Positions 38,232 to 48,607 of a stretch of 64,000 nt of DNA are shown here, piece by piece; within the stretch, counting starts at the first letter, position 1; each line of letters begins with the position of its first letter. The notes beneath the pieces were generated by a model. That model ran no database searches. It saw nothing but the letters and a program-made list of their open reading frames with translations, and had not been told where the DNA came from. Source of the DNA: a virus; IMG/VR virus record IMGVR_UViG_3300019886_000067, positions 1-64,000 of that record; one strand, 5' to 3'. A program made the translations under genes and the position numbers.

Positions 38232-38836
38232 TAGCTAGATGCTCCTGTCGTTGGTGTTGCAGAGCTAGACGACGAAGCGGCCGGCGTAGCTGCTGGTGAA
38301 GTTGTGTCTACCGTTGGAGCAGAGCTAGAGGAAGACGTGGAAGCTACTGCTGGGGAAGTATTTTCAGTTTTCGTGGAAACTGGCTCAACCGGAGGAGTTG
38401 CACCTGGCGCAGATGGGTCTTCCGCGAACGGAAGCTCTGGCTTGGCTGCAACGCCGATAATCGTGAGAGCGTCTGCAACTGCCTGTCCGACTGGCGGAGA
38501 GCCGGCGCTTACGCTTTGCTCACCTGTAACGACCTCTTCAATGGCAGCTTGGTTGGCTGCGGCTGCTGCCTTTGCCTCTGGCGAAGCCTGAGCGCTCAAA
38601 TGGTCAGCTTCCGGGTTAGTGTGCGGGTCGTTCTTGTCAACCGGCGGAGCATCCGGGTCTACTGGCGGGGTGTCATACTCAACGTCAAGCCAAGCGTTTA
38701 CGCGCGCATTACCGATAACAGCTTGGTCATCAGTGACAAACTTCGGAGTAGCGGAACTCAGCGTAAAGTCTACGTTGCCAACGGAAAAGTTTTCTACGCC
38801 GCTTGGCGCGTCAGCAGACTTTGTGATTGTAGCCAT
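38231..38836 (-). CDS. Virion-region protein with Ser/Thr/Pro-rich tail
   Basis: TATTCT-N7-ATG; TAATG-coupled to the tail tube gene. Confidence 0.7.
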   Translation of the reverse strand: MATITKSADAPSGVENFSVGNVDFTLSSATPKFVTDDQAVIGNARVNAWLDVEYDTPPVDPDAPPVDKNDPHTNPEADHLSAQASPEAKAAAAANQAAIEEVVTGEQSVSAGSPPVGQAVADALTIIGVAAKPELPFAEDPSAPGATPPVEPVSTKTENTSPAVASTSSSSSAPTVDTTSPAATPAASSSSSATPTTGASS

Positions 38837-38871
38837 GAGATAAAGAATAGCTGGTGGGACGACAAAAACCG

Positions 38872-39327
38872 TTAGCCAGAAGTCTCGATCAAAGCCGAGT
38901 TATTTCCGCGAGCAACCACTGTTGCTTCAAAGCGTGTCTTGTTGCCAGTTGGGTCGTCTGGATAGACGATTCTCAGAAGGTCAAAGTACCACACAGCGCC
39001 CGTCCTGGGATCAGCCCCGGAGCGAATAGACTGCCTGAATCGCTCAGCCTGAGTCTCTATGACAGTAGGGGATACAGTCTGTTCGCGGTCAACCTCAAGC
39101 GTGTACTTACCAAAGAACTGTACCACTATCTCATACTCGTTCACAAACTTGTCACGAGCATTAGCCGTGGAGCGTTCTGGATACACACCAAGCATGGTAC
39201 GAGAGTCGCCCAGAGACGGATGCAGCTTATCATCCTTTACAGGGAATTGGTCAGCCGCAAACTCTGTTTCAAGCGCTGTTATCAACGCTTTACGCGCTGT
39301 AGTCTCAGGTGCGATTACTTCAGTCAC
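38872..39327 (-). CDS. Tail terminator/completion protein (putative)
   Basis: Size and synteny. Confidence 0.65.
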   Translation of the reverse strand: MTEVIAPETTARKALITALETEFAADQFPVKDDKLHPSLGDSRTMLGVYPERSTANARDKFVNEYEIVVQFFGKYTLEVDREQTVSPTVIETQAERFRQSIRSGADPRTGAVWYFDLLRIVYPDDPTGNKTRFEATVVARGNNSALIETSG

Positions 39328-39336
39328 TAGTCTATT

Positions 39337-39780
39337 CTACCCAGGATAGTAGCGCTTCGCGTAATCCATCCAAGTTGACATCATAATCAGATAAGCCGGC
39401 CGTAGATATGGGTGTGCTGGGTTTCCTGGGTGCTGAATCATATTACTGCCGGGACGCCACATTCGCCCCATCTTTTCCCAGAAGAACGACACAGCGCCAG
39501 TAATCTCGTGAGGACCAGCGCCTTTCTCTTGGTATAGAGCATGGCGAGCGTCCGCCTCCCAATGCGCAGTAGTGGCCGTAGAGGACGACCTAATAGAATC
39601 CACAATGCGAGGCGTACGAGGATCAGGCTTGTGGCCCTTTGGCGCAAATTGGCGTGACAGATCAGCGCCTTTCTCAGCGATGTCTTTCATCGTCTCAGCG
39701 CCAGCCAGCTTGCATTCAGCAATGAAGCGGCCGAATCCATTACGCGCGATCACCTTATTCGAGACGGCGATGTCGCCCAT
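39337..39780 (-). CDS. HK97 gp10-like neck protein
   Basis: ALYQEKG..HPG..HPYLRPA. Confidence 0.75.
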   Translation of the reverse strand: MGDIAVSNKVIARNGFGRFIAECKLAGAETMKDIAEKGADLSRQFAPKGHKPDPRTPRIVDSIRSSSTATTAHWEADARHALYQEKGAGPHEITGAVSFFWEKMGRMWRPGSNMIQHPGNPAHPYLRPAYLIMMSTWMDYAKRYYPG

Positions 39781-39791
39781 TTTAGACTCCT

Positions 39792-40733
39792 TTAGATTTG
39801 GAATCTAACGTAGGACGCTAGAATGTCTTGCGCCTGTGGTGGGATGGCCTGTGGAGCGCCGGAAGTGCGGTTAGACGTGGTGTAAGAGTACCCAGCGATG
39901 CTCTCGGAGACATACTCCTCTGGCTTCTCAGACATCACAGCGGCCGTCCATATAGTTGCACGCTTGACATCGGCTGGCACAGTCGGCCAACCCCAGGCAG
40001 CCGTTACCTTCACGGTAGGAATCAACCCAGGCCAACCACGATCCCTAGAAACCACATCAAGATTGTAGTTAAAGCCCATCTGCGGGCTATAGATGCCGGC
40101 CCAATGAGGAATCGTGAGGTAGTTGTATGGTGGGCCTTCCTGGGGCTCAGGACGCCAGTAGAACGTATCAATCGGAGTTTCAAAGCCGCCGAAGATAAAG
40201 GCTACGGCCGTCACAGACATACAGTCGTCAATGTCTAGGAACCCAGAAGAGTCATACTCATATGTGCGGATTCCTGGGGTTTCTGGAAGCCCAAACGCGC
40301 GATCAGCAAACTTACGGATAGCGGCCGAAGCGCCTTCAATCGCTGATATTAGTTTTGCATCGCGTACTGTGTCAGGGTCGCCGGCTGCTATGTTCATGGC
40401 AGCCTTTAGTTCGTCTAGGGTTATGAGATTAGGAGGTTCGGTAGTGCCTGGTGCAGGACCAGAAAACACTTCTAGGACGTCAGAGGCTACGTGCCCACTG
40501 CCATCCTTCCATACAATCGCATAGGAACCAGCCGTAGCAGGAGCAGTAATCCTTGTGTAGTAGATGCCAGACCCGGCAGGGACCTCGCTGATCCCGGCTG
40601 TAGAAGGTGCAATTGCTACTGTGTCGTCAGATAGCTTGATTACTTCAACAGTAATCGTCCCTACAAGTCCAGTTTCAGCACCATCAACGGCGCTCTCTAC
40701 ATGCTGTCCTGGGTTTGCCGGAATGTAAGACAT
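39792..40733 (-). CDS. Head-tail adaptor with N-terminal Ig-like extension
   Basis: ITLDELK, WGWPTVPADVKRA, SESIAGYSY. Confidence 0.8.
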   Translation of the reverse strand: MSYIPANPGQHVESAVDGAETGLVGTITVEVIKLSDDTVAIAPSTAGISEVPAGSGIYYTRITAPATAGSYAIVWKDGSGHVASDVLEVFSGPAPGTTEPPNLITLDELKAAMNIAAGDPDTVRDAKLISAIEGASAAIRKFADRAFGLPETPGIRTYEYDSSGFLDIDDCMSVTAVAFIFGGFETPIDTFYWRPEPQEGPPYNYLTIPHWAGIYSPQMGFNYNLDVVSRDRGWPGLIPTVKVTAAWGWPTVPADVKRATIWTAAVMSEKPEEYVSESIAGYSYTTSNRTSGAPQAIPPQAQDILASYVRFQI

Positions 40734-40742
40734 ATCTATAGC

Positions 40743-41111
40743 TTACTGTGTGTCGAATACTTTGTCGTCAAACACAGGAATCCAAGAAACAATTTCTAGT
40801 GTTGCTGCTATTTTTCCGTCAGGAAGCACAGCCAACAAAGTAAACAAACCAGGAATATTTCCGTTGCCGCAGGTAATAAGCACCTTAGCTTTCGGCCACA
40901 TGGTGTTGCTAGCTATCTGAGCGACTGCCTGTCCGGCGGTATATGTTTTAGCTTCACCAAGACCTCGAAGACAAACTAGTCCTTGGTCTGTCAACGCTGC
41001 CGCTGGGGCTCTATATGGTTCCCCAAAGGCTGCTATACCAGTCAGAGAATGAAAAGAAAGAGGGGTAGCTTCGCCTTCTCCTGTTTTTTCTTTGCTGGGA
41101 AATTTAGCCAT
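40743..41111 (-). CDS. Hypothetical virion protein
   Basis: TAAACT-N6-ATG. Confidence 0.7.
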   Translation of the reverse strand: MAKFPSKEKTGEGEATPLSFHSLTGIAAFGEPYRAPAAALTDQGLVCLRGLGEAKTYTAGQAVAQIASNTMWPKAKVLITCGNGNIPGLFTLLAVLPDGKIAATLEIVSWIPVFDDKVFDTQ

Positions 41112-41186
41112 AGAACAAGTTTAGTCTTAGAAATGGCGAAACCGGCACAAGGCCGGCTTCGAGAGGGAGGAGAGTATGGCGGTTAC

Positions 41187-41579
41187 TTACTCAGCAGCGA
41201 AAACATCCTCTGGCGCACGGGCATCGGCGTAAGCAGCACCGATTGGCGTCAGAGCATCGCCCCGACCTTGCGGCGGGACCTGCACTGCAAGAGGGTCACT
41301 GGTGTCTGTGATGACACGATCCGCTTTGACGTGCGTCTCATGTACCGGGACTACAGACTGCGGAGCAGCCGGCGTACCCTGAACCTGAGCCGTTGTCGTA
41401 CCGGACGTAACCTGTACGCTAACCGGACCATCTGGGTCTGTTACGGCCGCAGAAGGCTCCGTAGCAGACGCACCATCTGGTAGCGGTGGCGTTACTGGTG
41501 TGACTGGCGCAGCGGGAGTCACTGCGCTAGTCGTGTCAGCAGCGGTTGTGTCAGTTGTAGTTGTTGTCTCGTCAGCCAT
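41187..41579 (-). CDS. Thr/Pro-rich protein after the capsid gene
   Basis: RBS; immediately after the MCP. Confidence 0.7.
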   Translation of the reverse strand: MADETTTTTDTTAADTTSAVTPAAPVTPVTPPLPDGASATEPSAAVTDPDGPVSVQVTSGTTTAQVQGTPAAPQSVVPVHETHVKADRVITDTSDPLAVQVPPQGRGDALTPIGAAYADARAPEDVFAAE

Positions 41580-41590
41580 GTTCTTTCCCC

Positions 41591-42979
41591 TTAGCCGTTT
41601 GCCAGTCCTGTGCCGCCAATTACGTTGAACGCCAGCGGGCTACGGGCTGCCGTGAAGCCTACGCGGCTCTCGGCACGGAATACGGTCTGGTTGGTCGTGA
41701 AGTAGACGTGCGGGCTCTCGTCAACTGTGATTCCCTGGCGGTCAAGGATCAAAGCCTCACGGAAGTCACCGATGATGACACGGGACTCGTTTGTGCCTGC
41801 TCCAAGGTTAGTCGGGACACGGTTGGACAGAATGACTTCTACTCCAAATAGTGTCTGCTGAGGACCGTTGACGAATGTGCGCGGAGTGCTTGGGTCGTAA
41901 CCTGCACCGAAGTTGCTGCGCGGGGCAATCGTGTAGTGGCCTACCGAGTCACGGGACTTGAGGATACGAGTCCAGGTTCGCGGGTGCATGACAATTGCGG
42001 ACGGCTGACCCCAAGAAGTCTGTACCGAAGCGATTGCGTCAAGGATTTTATCCAGTAGCGCGCCTTCAGCAGCAGGGTCTTTCGGAGAAGCTTCCGTGAT
42101 CGTCGTAGTACCGATGCCCGGAGTGTTCAGGATGCCAAGTGGCTGTCCTGTGCCGGAACCGATCATAAACGCTGTCTCTTCAAGAGCAACAAGGCGCTTC
42201 GCAAGATCAGTTGTTACCAACTGGTCTACGGCCGGGTTGGAATCCTGAAGAAGCTGGTTAGAAATCGTAGCAAGACCGGCTGCTGTGAACACGGAAGCCG
42301 TGATCGTAGCCAGTGTCATCGCTGTGCTCTCAGGCTTCGTTGCAAGCTCGGCTACCCATCCGGCAGTCGTGCTGAGTCCTAGCTGGTCAAGCTGGATTGC
42401 GTTAGTGTTGACATTCAGAGAAGAGCAAAGCCCACGAAGAACGTTGTCCTGCTCACGAGCGAGAACTAGCTGACGCTCAAGAAGCGGCTGAACAAGGTAT
42501 CCACCCTGAGAGCCGGTGCCCTCAGTCATAGCCTTGCCCTCTGCTGTGGTGCTAAACCCAGCGTCAGAGTAAGACTTGGCACCTAGAGCAAGACGCTCCT
42601 GGGCTGCCGGATTACCTTTGTTGGCAAGATGAATGTCCACATACGGAGAGAACTCGCCCGTTGTGTATGGGTTGTCAGGATCGTCCGCAGCCTTACCCTC
42701 TGTGGTTGCTGCTACAACGAATCCCTCGCCTGGCTTACGGAGGTTAGCGATAATCTCCTGAAGCGTTCCAACCTCGGCAGTAAGAGACTTTACCTCTTCA
42801 GCGTTGAGAGCGGTGTCACGCTCCTTGAAAAGGAGGTCAAGCTGTGGCTTGATGTCTTTCTCAATCAGACCCTTGACCTCTGCTACCTGGCCGTTGTCTG
42901 CCTCTGCTGTAGCTAGGAGAGCAGTTGCCTTCTCCTGAAGCTCAGTAATCTTCGCTGTGATCTGCTCTGTGGTCTCCAT
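41591..42979 (-). CDS. HK97-fold major capsid protein with delta domain
   Basis: GGYLV, GSGTGQPLGI, MHPRTW, IGDF, FRAESRVG. Confidence 0.95.
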   Translation of the reverse strand: METTEQITAKITELQEKATALLATAEADNGQVAEVKGLIEKDIKPQLDLLFKERDTALNAEEVKSLTAEVGTLQEIIANLRKPGEGFVVAATTEGKAADDPDNPYTTGEFSPYVDIHLANKGNPAAQERLALGAKSYSDAGFSTTAEGKAMTEGTGSQGGYLVQPLLERQLVLAREQDNVLRGLCSSLNVNTNAIQLDQLGLSTTAGWVAELATKPESTAMTLATITASVFTAAGLATISNQLLQDSNPAVDQLVTTDLAKRLVALEETAFMIGSGTGQPLGILNTPGIGTTTITEASPKDPAAEGALLDKILDAIASVQTSWGQPSAIVMHPRTWTRILKSRDSVGHYTIAPRSNFGAGYDPSTPRTFVNGPQQTLFGVEVILSNRVPTNLGAGTNESRVIIGDFREALILDRQGITVDESPHVYFTTNQTVFRAESRVGFTAARSPLAFNVIGGTGLANG

Positions 42980-43019
42980 GTCTATTCCTAAATTTAGTGG
43001 TCAGTGTGACAAATCGAAA

Positions 43020-43934
43020 CTAGCAGGTTTCAATTTGAGGAAGTGGTCCTAGTTCTGCGGCCAAAGCATGTGCTTCACGCGCGATTCCATCAAGGTAGTT
43101 CTTTACTCGTGCCACAAGAGCGTCGATACGCTCATCTTCAGCACCATGCCCATTATCCTTAGTCGTAGACAGGGAATTGGTCTGCTGCTCAAGCTTCAAA
43201 AGCAATGCTAGGAACCACAAATCTTCAGGGCTGCCCTTCACGGACTTTCCCTCTGGGTACCTAGTGCTTATTGTGTCCAACGTAGAATCAAGGCTGTTCA
43301 GCAAGTCAGAGATACCACTAAAGTCTCCGACCAACTCGGACTGAGTAGGCTCAGGCACGACAATATCTCCTAGCGCCTTTCCGGCGACAATAGAAAAGGC
43401 CGGCGCAGAATGCACGGGAACTGGCGTAACGCTAATCTCTGTGAAGTCCATATCAGAAATGCGGGTTCCCAGCTTTGTAAGCTTACGCTTGAAGAAGCCG
43501 CCGACGCTCAAAGCAGTGAGAGTGCCTTTCTTGATCTGGTTGTAGTACGTGCCAAGCTCAGGATGTGTGCGAATCGCACCATCTACTCGGGCGCGCATAC
43601 GAAGGCCCTTGCCCTCAACCTCTTCAAGGTCAAGTACCTTGCCGAGAATCTTTTCGTGTTTGTGGTGGAAACACAAAGCGGCCGGACCACTCAGGAATGC
43701 CTTGATGCCACGCTGGAAAGCTCCGTCAGTGAAGTTCTCGCCTTGGCGGTCAACTCCATCAAACGTTGCAGCCCAACCCTCGATAATCAAGTCCCCGTCG
43801 TCAAGCTCTGTAACTACGTTTCCTGGTGTGCCGTCCTCTAGGGCCTTAGCCTCTAGTTGGAACGGGAAATTGAAGGCAACAATGTCGCTATCGCTGTCGA
43901 GCGTACGAACGAAAAGCTCTGTTGGCAAATCCAT
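43020..43934 (-). CDS. HK97-type prohead protease
   Basis: IEGWAATF..DRQGE..HH..LSVGG..EISVTPVP. Confidence 0.92.
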   Translation of the reverse strand: MDLPTELFVRTLDSDSDIVAFNFPFQLEAKALEDGTPGNVVTELDDGDLIIEGWAATFDGVDRQGENFTDGAFQRGIKAFLSGPAALCFHHKHEKILGKVLDLEEVEGKGLRMRARVDGAIRTHPELGTYYNQIKKGTLTALSVGGFFKRKLTKLGTRISDMDFTEISVTPVPVHSAPAFSIVAGKALGDIVVPEPTQSELVGDFSGISDLLNSLDSTLDTISTRYPEGKSVKGSPEDLWFLALLLKLEQQTNSLSTTKDNGHGAEDERIDALVARVKNYLDGIAREAHALAAELGPLPQIETC

Positions 43935-44005
43935 ACACAAATAATACGTCCCACAACGACAACGAGCCGCCCGAAGGCGGCTCGAAGACAACTTACAAGT
44001 AGTGG

Positions 44006-44734
44006 CTATTTCTTCAGAACGCTAGATGTCTGCGTATAAACCGTGAATGTGCCTGCCACACCGCCGGCAGCTTCAGATTTCAGAGACAAGCGAAGTTGAG
44101 GCCCGAACTGTTTACCTTCAAAGTTTGCCGCCGTAAAGACAGGGGTTGCAGCGGCGATTGCAGCCGTTTCAGCAAACGACGCAGATGCCTCCCAAGTTTT
44201 GCCGCCATCAAAGGAATCTTCAAGGGCAACCTTGACTTTAGGAGTACCTTCAATTTCGCCAAAGTTTGTCTCTACAGTCACGTAGTCATACGGAGAATAG
44301 TCTCCCTGCAACGCAACCTTTAGTGTTTCGGCCCCTGCAAACTTCAAATACGAAGCAGGAGATTTGATTTCTGCTACTTTTAGGGAACCTACAGGAACAG
44401 ACTCAAAGAGGCGACCGCTTGCCTTGGTGGCCGAAGAAACAGGCCAGAACACAAATGTTTCTGTTGTTTCGGACGTGCCGGCATTAGCGCCTGATGGCGT
44501 GCTAACAACAACCCCAACAGGACCAGTGATGTACTTAGTCCCGTTCGCATTAATGCTCTGAGGACTTACAGCTTTGATTTCAGTAGCAGATTCTACTTTG
44601 AACGACGCAGCCGCCAATTTACCGAAGGAAACAGACGTAGCGCCTGTGAATTCCGTGCCGGCAATAATGACTGTTGTTCCACCCGTAGGAGGACCACCGT
44701 TGTTAGTTACTGAAGTTACTGTAGGAGCAGCCAT
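44006..44734 (-). CDS. IPT/TIG Ig-like domain protein (decoration)
   Basis: PTVTSV..GPPTGGTTVIIAG..FTGATSVSFG. Confidence 0.85.
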   Translation of the reverse strand: MAAPTVTSVTNNGGPPTGGTTVIIAGTEFTGATSVSFGKLAAASFKVESATEIKAVSPQSINANGTKYITGPVGVVVSTPSGANAGTSETTETFVFWPVSSATKASGRLFESVPVGSLKVAEIKSPASYLKFAGAETLKVALQGDYSPYDYVTVETNFGEIEGTPKVKVALEDSFDGGKTWEASASFAETAAIAAATPVFTAANFEGKQFGPQLRLSLKSEAAGGVAGTFTVYTQTSSVLKK

Positions 44735-44765
44735 AAGAATAATCTACTTTGCTGAGTGCCAGAGC

Positions 44766-44990
44766 CTACTCTAGCTCGGATGGTTCGACAGAAGACACCT
44801 TGCTTGCGTTGATCGCAATTTGCGTATTAGCCTTTGTGGCTCTGTCAAAGTAGACAAACGGAGTACGCCTTTGAGGAGTCTCTGCGTCCTCCAAAGCCCA
44901 CGACAGTTGTTTCTCAACCTCTGAAACACTTCCAACTACATAATAGGAAGCGCGGTCACACCAAATACGTGAAGTAATTTGCTCAGACAT
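44766..44990 (-). CDS. Hypothetical protein
   Basis: AAGGAG RBS. Confidence 0.7.
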   Translation of the reverse strand: MSEQITSRIWCDRASYYVVGSVSEVEKQLSWALEDAETPQRRTPFVYFDRATKANTQIAINASKVSSVEPSELE

Positions 44991-45026
44991 TCAGTTTTCT
45001 CCTTTTGTGTGTGTAGGAGAGACTAA

Positions 45027-46736
45027 CTATACACCACAGACGCCACCGACGCAGGTTTCCTCATTGCCCTCAAACACGGTTCCCTCGTGCTCAAGCGCCC
45101 ATGCAAGGTCAACTGGATTGCGTGGTTGGCCGGCACGCGCACCATCTGGATACACAGTAATGCCACGCAGATCAGGCAAGAAACGTAGCATTACATTGCT
45201 AAACGTACTACTTTCCTCCTCGTCAGTGATAGGTTTAGCAAGATTCACTGTAGAACTGATGGCATGATCGGTGTGTGCTTGCAAATACGCCTGTTGCGCC
45301 ATGCGGCGCTCTGGCATGAGAGAGAGCGTGTGCGCGTCCTCTATTTGCTCTGGCTTGATTCCTTCTCGTACAAGGCGCGCGGCCGTAGGGTCAACGACCA
45401 CATGCTGAGTGTGGTAGTTGGCGTTTGGTTTAGCCACGACGACATTTCGCTTCTCAGCGGCAGAGAAGAGAGGATCAGCCGATGGTGTGGACTCGGCAAT
45501 AATGCCGATTGTGCCGTTAGGAGCTATGGCAGTAGCAGCAATAGAGCGCGATAGACCAAGCTTGTCCTGCTGTTCGTTCGCATACTCAAGCGCACGGGAA
45601 TATTGCTCCATGTAGGGAGACAATACGTCAAAAGCGTCGTCTGTGCCATATTTCACGCCCTTCTTGATTAGGAACTCATGGACGCCAATCAAGCCCAGGC
45701 CAAGCCGGCGATTCTTGTCACGCACTTCCTTGATCTTGTCGTAGGGCACATCTGAGTAGAGGCTGCCGGCTGTCAAGAACAGCACAGCATCGCGCACTGC
45801 GCCGCCGAACTGTGCAGGCGACTCAAAGCGTGGCATCACCAGGCTACCCAAATTGCAGATGTCAGAATCGTCCGCAGAAGTTATCTCTGTGCAGGCGTTG
45901 CGCAGAACCTCGTCTTTGTATTGGCCTGTGTCAATCGTGAAACCAGGCTCGCCGTGCTTGAGCATGTGGCCGACCGCTGTCTTATACACGCGATTCGCCC
46001 AAGAATGCCAGTCTCCTCCGTCAGGAGCAATTGCATCACAGCGGTCGCGCAAAGCGTTCTCGTGCTCAAGGCAGTGAAAGAAGGCGTCATCTAGCGTAAC
46101 ACTAATGTTCGTCGTGTCCATCGGCGCAGGGAAATTCCAGTCCTTTTCCTTGAGCGCACGAATCTCATCAGACCAATCCTTGCAAGTAATAAATGCAAAG
46201 ATATCGGGATGCCACCAAGGAAGCCCAGCCCATATAGCCGAGCGGCGATTCCCGCCCTGTAGATAGCAACGTCCCTGGTCGTTCACAAGCTGCATGAGCG
46301 CCTGTGGCCCGGAGGCTGTGCCCCCGGTACGACTGATCGGAGCCCCAGACTCACGGATATCTCCATACCAGACACCAATCCCAGCGCCGGTCATCAACGC
46401 CATAGCGCTCTTGTAAGCCAAGTCAGCCCAACCCTCACGGGAATCCTCGGCGCGCAGTAGAACGCAGTTGCAGACTTGATGCAGGTCACGTCCGGCTGCG
46501 TATAGATAGCGCCCGCCAGCGATGAACTGCCGGCGGCTGTGGAGGCCATATAGCCGGTCTGCCACGTCTTGTATGAAGGATACGTTGCCTTGGGCGCTAG
46601 GAGCCCCGTAGAGAGCCCCTGTGACGGCTCCTACGACACGCTTGCTAGTCCCGTTCCAATCGCCATCCTGGGGATGCTTGTATCGTGCCTCGTAAATGCT
46701 TTGCGCGAATGGCGAATCGAACGTCTGAGAGTGCAA
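45027..46736 (-). CDS. nrdJ: Ribonucleotide reductase, class II (B12-dependent)
   Basis: GGRYL, CNC, GGNRRSA, NACTEI, APNGTI, C-terminal CVGGVC; no beta subunit in window. Confidence 0.88.
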   Translation of the reverse strand: MHSQTFDSPFAQSIYEARYKHPQDGDWNGTSKRVVGAVTGALYGAPSAQGNVSFIQDVADRLYGLHSRRQFIAGGRYLYAAGRDLHQVCNCVLLRAEDSREGWADLAYKSAMALMTGAGIGVWYGDIRESGAPISRTGGTASGPQALMQLVNDQGRCYLQGGNRRSAIWAGLPWWHPDIFAFITCKDWSDEIRALKEKDWNFPAPMDTTNISVTLDDAFFHCLEHENALRDRCDAIAPDGGDWHSWANRVYKTAVGHMLKHGEPGFTIDTGQYKDEVLRNACTEITSADDSDICNLGSLVMPRFESPAQFGGAVRDAVLFLTAGSLYSDVPYDKIKEVRDKNRRLGLGLIGVHEFLIKKGVKYGTDDAFDVLSPYMEQYSRALEYANEQQDKLGLSRSIAATAIAPNGTIGIIAESTPSADPLFSAAEKRNVVVAKPNANYHTQHVVVDPTAARLVREGIKPEQIEDAHTLSLMPERRMAQQAYLQAHTDHAISSTVNLAKPITDEEESSTFSNVMLRFLPDLRGITVYPDGARAGQPRNPVDLAWALEHEGTVFEGNEETCVGGVCGV

Positions 46737-46844
46737 CTGATCCTCCTGCTGAAGGTGTGTTTTGGTCTATGTGTCACCCTCAAAGCGGTGAAGAGCGATT
46801 TAGGAATACTAGCAAGATTCGGAGCACATGGTACGAGCGCGTAA

Positions 46845-47255
46845 TCAATCGTTCCACGCACGTACCAGTGCTACCGCCAGCCTATCTACAAGCTGCTCCT
46901 CGGCGCGCACATATGACGCCTCTACTACCTCGTACACATCTTTATGTAGCTTCTCTTCAAAGGTGTCTTCAACTCTACGAATGTCTCGCGTGTGGCAATG
47001 AAGAAGCTCGTGAACGATGCTCTTCTCAAGAAAGAAGTCATCTAGCTCAGGACCAAACCACTCTTCAGGCTTCGCCCAATCAACCAAGTCAGGCTTGACA
47101 ACTAGCGTGGCCTGCTCATACTGAGAAGACCGATGGCACTCCATCGCTGCTGTCTCTTCTTCAGGCTCCTCAAAGCGAACATCAATCATCCACTGGTCGA
47201 GCCCTAGCCGGGCCTGCCATTCAGACGTGAGAGCTATGATTTCTTCGCGGGTCAT
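46845..47255 (-). CDS. HExxH zincin-like protein (paralog of 17339..17755)
   Basis: WQARLGLDQW..SIVHELLH. Confidence 0.7.
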   Translation of the reverse strand: MTREEIIALTSEWQARLGLDQWMIDVRFEEPEEETAAMECHRSSQYEQATLVVKPDLVDWAKPEEWFGPELDDFFLEKSIVHELLHCHTRDIRRVEDTFEEKLHKDVYEVVEASYVRAEEQLVDRLAVALVRAWND

Positions 47256-47509
47256 GCAGGATGCACGATTTCAATGCCGAGAGCCGCACAGTCCTCGTCA
47301 GTCAATGGAGTCAAATCAGGCTCATGCTGGGAAGCGTAATAGCTCTCAAATTCAGCATGGCGCTTTGTGCTAAGTGCGTCTTTCTTGTCCAAAGGTTTGA
47401 CTCCTCGATATCGTTTTGTCTCTGTTCGACAAGTTGGGCAAATCTCGTACTCGTCGTCATCAGGCCACGTCTCACAGCCCATCGCACATCTGCGGCCGAA
47501 CTGAATCAC
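47252..47509 (-). CDS. Zn-ribbon protein
   Basis: CAMGC..CPTC. Confidence 0.65.
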   Translation of the reverse strand: MIQFGRRCAMGCETWPDDDEYEICPTCRTETKRYRGVKPLDKKDALSTKRHAEFESYYASQHEPDLTPLTDEDCAALGIEIVHPA

Positions 47510-47636
47510 GCGGCTAGCGTCGGCAGAAAGAACTCAATAGCGCCGGCTACTAGCGCCAGGATCGCGCCCAAAATTGGATTGAACAGAGCAAGCAGCACAG
47601 CCGCTACGAGAACGCATGTGACGGCAGGTGCAGGCA

Positions 47637-47828
47637 TTACTCCGCCACCTCCTCAATGATGAGAATGTTCGGGACGTTGACCATGACGTGACCGCCGTTC
47701 ATATCATCCATCGACATAAACGTCTTCCCCTGCGCGGAAGCCATATTCAGTTGATTCATCGCCTGTGTGTAATCCTCGTCAAGTTCGCGCTGCGTGAGCA
47801 CGTCCTTCATAGTCACGACTATAGCCAT
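47637..47828 (-). CDS. Hypothetical protein
   Basis: GAGGA RBS. Confidence 0.65.
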   Translation of the reverse strand: MAIVVTMKDVLTQRELDEDYTQAMNQLNMASAQGKTFMSMDDMNGGHVMVNVPNILIIEEVAE

Positions 47829-47838
47829 TTCAATCCTC

Positions 47839-48216
47839 TCAAGGGTTCTGGTACGACCTACTAGATACTACTCCCTGAAAACGCGGCCAAAGCCCGATTG
47901 CGTCGTCCACGGCGCACACGCGCACCATACCCTTGTCAAGTTTCTCACCAACATGCTCGACAATGCAAACGTCTGAGTCCTCATCATCCATCAGCCGGAC
48001 GTGGAGTTTCGGGTCATACGGAACGTCGGCTAGCGCCGACTCGTCGCAATGGACAGTAGAGAAACACTTCCAGACCATTTTGCCAGATGGATCAGGCTGC
48101 TTGAGCCTAAACACATGGCCGGAGCATGGCTCTGGTGGAAGGTTTCCGCCTTCGGCTTCAATGGCGTTGCAGAGCGCCACGTAATCGTCAGGGTGATAGT
48201 TCATATTGGTCCTCAA
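47839..48216 (-). CDS. Hypothetical protein
   Basis: ORF in the - strand run. Confidence 0.65.
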   Translation of the reverse strand: MRTNMNYHPDDYVALCNAIEAEGGNLPPEPCSGHVFRLKQPDPSGKMVWKCFSTVHCDESALADVPYDPKLHVRLMDDEDSDVCIVEHVGEKLDKGMVRVCAVDDAIGLWPRFQGVVSSRSYQNP

Positions 48217-48418
48217 GAAAGCGCGTGAATTTGGACGGCTTCAGGACTCGTCCTGTACTCGACCCAAAGACCGACTCTCCGTTGACTTTGAGAGCCCACA
48301 GCCGCCAGACAGGATGCTCAGTAGTGGTGTCCACTCCACGCGAAAACTCAATCTTGACCGGCCCGCAGACCAGATCATAGTCGTCGTTTCCCTTGTCTAG
48401 GAACTGAAGCTCGCTCAC
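48188..48418 (-). CDS. Hypothetical protein
   Basis: TACGCT-N6-GTG leaderless arrangement. Confidence 0.65.
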   Translation of the reverse strand: MSELQFLDKGNDDYDLVCGPVKIEFSRGVDTTTEHPVWRLWALKVNGESVFGSSTGRVLKPSKFTRFLEDQYELSP

Positions 48419-48442
48419 CCGAGAAGCGTACCAGAAAACGAC

Positions 48443-48607
48443 TTAGTGCGCCGGCTTCTTACGTTTGTAGCCATCGACACGAACTACTGGCTTGCGCCTG
48501 CCTTTGGAATAGTTCGATCCACGGGGCGAACGAGTATGGCCCTTGACGCCAACTGCGTTTCCTGCACGCGGTGAGCGCTTACGTGGTGCGCGTCCCTTGG
48601 TAGCCAT
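48443..48607 (-). CDS. 54-aa basic protein with VKGHTR / VDGYKR motifs
   Basis: Translated by hand; TAATG-coupled to the portal gene. Confidence 0.7.
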   Translation of the reverse strand: MATKGRAPRKRSPRAGNAVGVKGHTRSPRGSNYSKGRRKPVVRVDGYKRKKPAH

